This document shows, piece by piece, positions 62,637-64,000 of a stretch of DNA of 64,000 nt. The DNA lies in assembly GCA_049517655.1 (NCBI GenBank), contig JBEKRQ010000002.1:193059-257058 (forward strand). The letters are read 5' to 3'. The notes beneath the pieces were generated by a model. That model worked only from the letters and a program-made list of their open reading frames with translations. It was not told the origin of the DNA and made no database searches. Each line of letters begins with the position of its first letter. The stretch's first letter is position 1. Made by a program: the position numbers and the translations under genes. This stretch comes from Verrucomicrobiota bacterium (lineage in GTDB: Bacteria > Verrucomicrobiota > Verrucomicrobiia > Limisphaerales > UBA11358).

Positions 62637-63776
62637 TCAACCGGGTTTGGCCGCGCCCGCCAGCTTTTCATTTACGATTTTGCCGCCGTGCGTCACAAGA
62701 CAGCCCTTGATGATTTCATCGTCGAGCTTGAGGACGAAATTTTTATTCTGCTTGTCCCAAAATTCCTCGACCAAATTCTCCAAGTTCGCCGAATAAACCT
62801 GGCTGGCATGGAGCGGCACGCGCCCCGGCAAATTGGCGATGCCGACGATTTTCACCCCGTTGTGGTCGGCCACCTTGTCCAAGATCGCGCCTTCGACGTT
62901 GCCGCCGTTCTCAATCGCCAGATCCACAACCACACTGCCGGGCTTCATCGCGTTGAGCATTTCAGCGGTGACGAGAATCGGCGCGCGGCGGCCAAACACC
63001 TGCGCGGCGGTGATGACGACGTCGGAGTCGCCGCAAACTTTTTTCATCGCGTCCCGCTGTTTCTGGATTTGTTCCTCGGTCAGCGCCTTGGCATAGCCGT
63101 CCTTCGTCTGGCCGGTTTCGCCAATATCAATCTTGAGAAATTGCGCGCCGAGCGATTTGACCTGTTCTTCCACAACGGGGCGCGTGTCGTAGGCGGTGAC
63201 TTTTGCGCCAAGCCGTTTGGCAGTCGCAATCGCCTGCAAACCGGCGACGCCGACGCCGATAATGAATACTTTCGCCGGCAGAATCGTGCCCGCCGCCGTC
63301 GTCATCATCGGGAAAATTTTGTTGGAATAGCGCGCGGAGAGGATGACTGCCTCGTAGCCGCCAAGGTTCGCCTGCGACGACAGCACGTCCATCTTCTGCG
63401 CGCGGGTCGTGCGCGGAATCAGTTCCATGCTGATGGCGCTCACGCCGCGCTCGGCCAGTTTTTGAATCAATTCCTTCTCGTTGAATGGGTCCAGCAGGCT
63501 CGCGTGAATGCAGCCGGATTTCAGCAGCGCAATTTCCTCGACCGGCGGTTTGCGCACACGCAAAACCATGTCGGCGGAGTTGAGCAAGGCTTTGCGGTCG
63601 GCGGTGATCGTCGCGCCGGCGGCAGTGTAGGCGGCGTCGGCAAATCCCGCCCTCAGCCCAAGGCCTGCTTCGACTTCCACTTGCGCGCCGAGCTTGACCA
63701 GCTTGGCCGCGCTGTCCGGCGTCAATGGCGTTCTCGTTTCGCCCGGATGCGTTTCTTTGGGAACGGCAATCTTCAT
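62637..63776 (-). CDS. pntAA: NAD(P) transhydrogenase alpha subunit part 1 (AlaDH-like dI)
   Basis: MKIAVPKETHPGETR, VFIIGVGVAGLQAIATAKRLGA (Rossmann), DVVITAAQVFGRRAP. Confidence 0.92.
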   Translation of the reverse strand: MKIAVPKETHPGETRTPLTPDSAAKLVKLGAQVEVEAGLGLRAGFADAAYTAAGATITADRKALLNSADMVLRVRKPPVEEIALLKSGCIHASLLDPFNEKELIQKLAERGVSAISMELIPRTTRAQKMDVLSSQANLGGYEAVILSARYSNKIFPMMTTAAGTILPAKVFIIGVGVAGLQAIATAKRLGAKVTAYDTRPVVEEQVKSLGAQFLKIDIGETGQTKDGYAKALTEEQIQKQRDAMKKVCGDSDVVITAAQVFGRRAPILVTAEMLNAMKPGSVVVDLAIENGGNVEGAILDKVADHNGVKIVGIANLPGRVPLHASQVYSANLENLVEEFWDKQNKNFVLKLDDEIIKGCLVTHGGKIVNEKLAGAAKPG

Positions 63777-63886
63777 TTCTCGAAAAAAGTGGCGCGCACA
63801 CTATCACATTCCCTTCCTAGCGGTAACTCAAATGTTGCCATTTTCTGTGCGTCTATTGCGGGCTTAATCAGCCACCCTTTTCAACG

Positions 63887-64000
63887 TCAACCGGCGGCGG
63901 TTTTGGCGGCATGGATGAACGCGCGCATTTTCGCGTGATCTTTTTTCCCCGGCGAAGATTCCACGCCGCTCGAAACATCCACGCCAAACGGCCTCACCTT
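63887..64000 (-). CDS. trpF: phosphoribosylanthranilate isomerase, C-terminal fragment (N-terminus beyond the window end)
   Basis: Own translation of the minus strand: [37 protein letters not shown]-stop. [13 protein letters not shown] is the TrpF C-terminal signature. Confidence 0.6.
   Translation of the reverse strand, partial: KVRPFGVDVSSGVESSPGKKDHAKMRAFIHAAKTAAG

Noticed and set aside
62514-63938. 474-aa plus-strand ORF
   Set aside because: It lies antisense to the clear pntAA/pntAB genes. It has an Arg/Ala/Gly/His-rich low-information composition typical of the reverse frame of GC-rich genes, and no recognisable motif.

Overview
By eye (not computed) this is a GC-rich bacterial chromosomal segment. 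Gene content suggests a Verrucomicrobiota/Planctomycetota-type genome (futalosine-type radical SAM, ECF sigma module, giant Ig/LamG/Kelch exoprotein); this is inference only. The backbone is housekeeping: dprA, dinG-like helicase, mutS, amtB-glnK, ppx, dnaE, tRNA-Arg(UCG), comM, an ETF-like pair, ETF-QO plus a large acyl-CoA dehydrogenase, an amino-sugar/polyprenyl-P glycosylation cluster, an mqnC/E-type gene, trpB, pntAA-AB-B and a trpF fragment. Small AT-richer accessory islets interrupt it: (i) an orphan Zn-ribbon gene at 6.5-7.3 kb; (ii) a frameshifted AbiTii-like gene plus a type II R-M pair with an HTH-fused endonuclease at 22.1-25.0 kb; (iii) a DUF3795 gene and two unknown membrane proteins at 32.1-34.6 kb; (iv) hicB-hicA plus a HEPN-like gene at 53.5-54.6 kb. 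The most unusual directly visible signal is a dense population of short palindromic REPIN-like double hairpins and 7-10 nt tandem oligomer arrays. These fill intergenic spacers and also sit in-frame inside essential or conserved genes (mutS, dnaE, an M20 peptidase, the dinG-like helicase, a GT39 transferase, an anti-sigma-like ORF). Other notable items are a seven-blade Kelch propeller nested inside a sedolisin (S53) peptidase domain, a 2 x 96 bp in-frame tandem duplication in a GH8 gene, and a radical SAM pair behind a long structured leader next to a twice-frameshifted Fe-S aldo/keto reductase. No rRNA, CRISPR array, transposase or integrase was seen. All family assignments come from reading the translations and recalling motifs; no searches were run.
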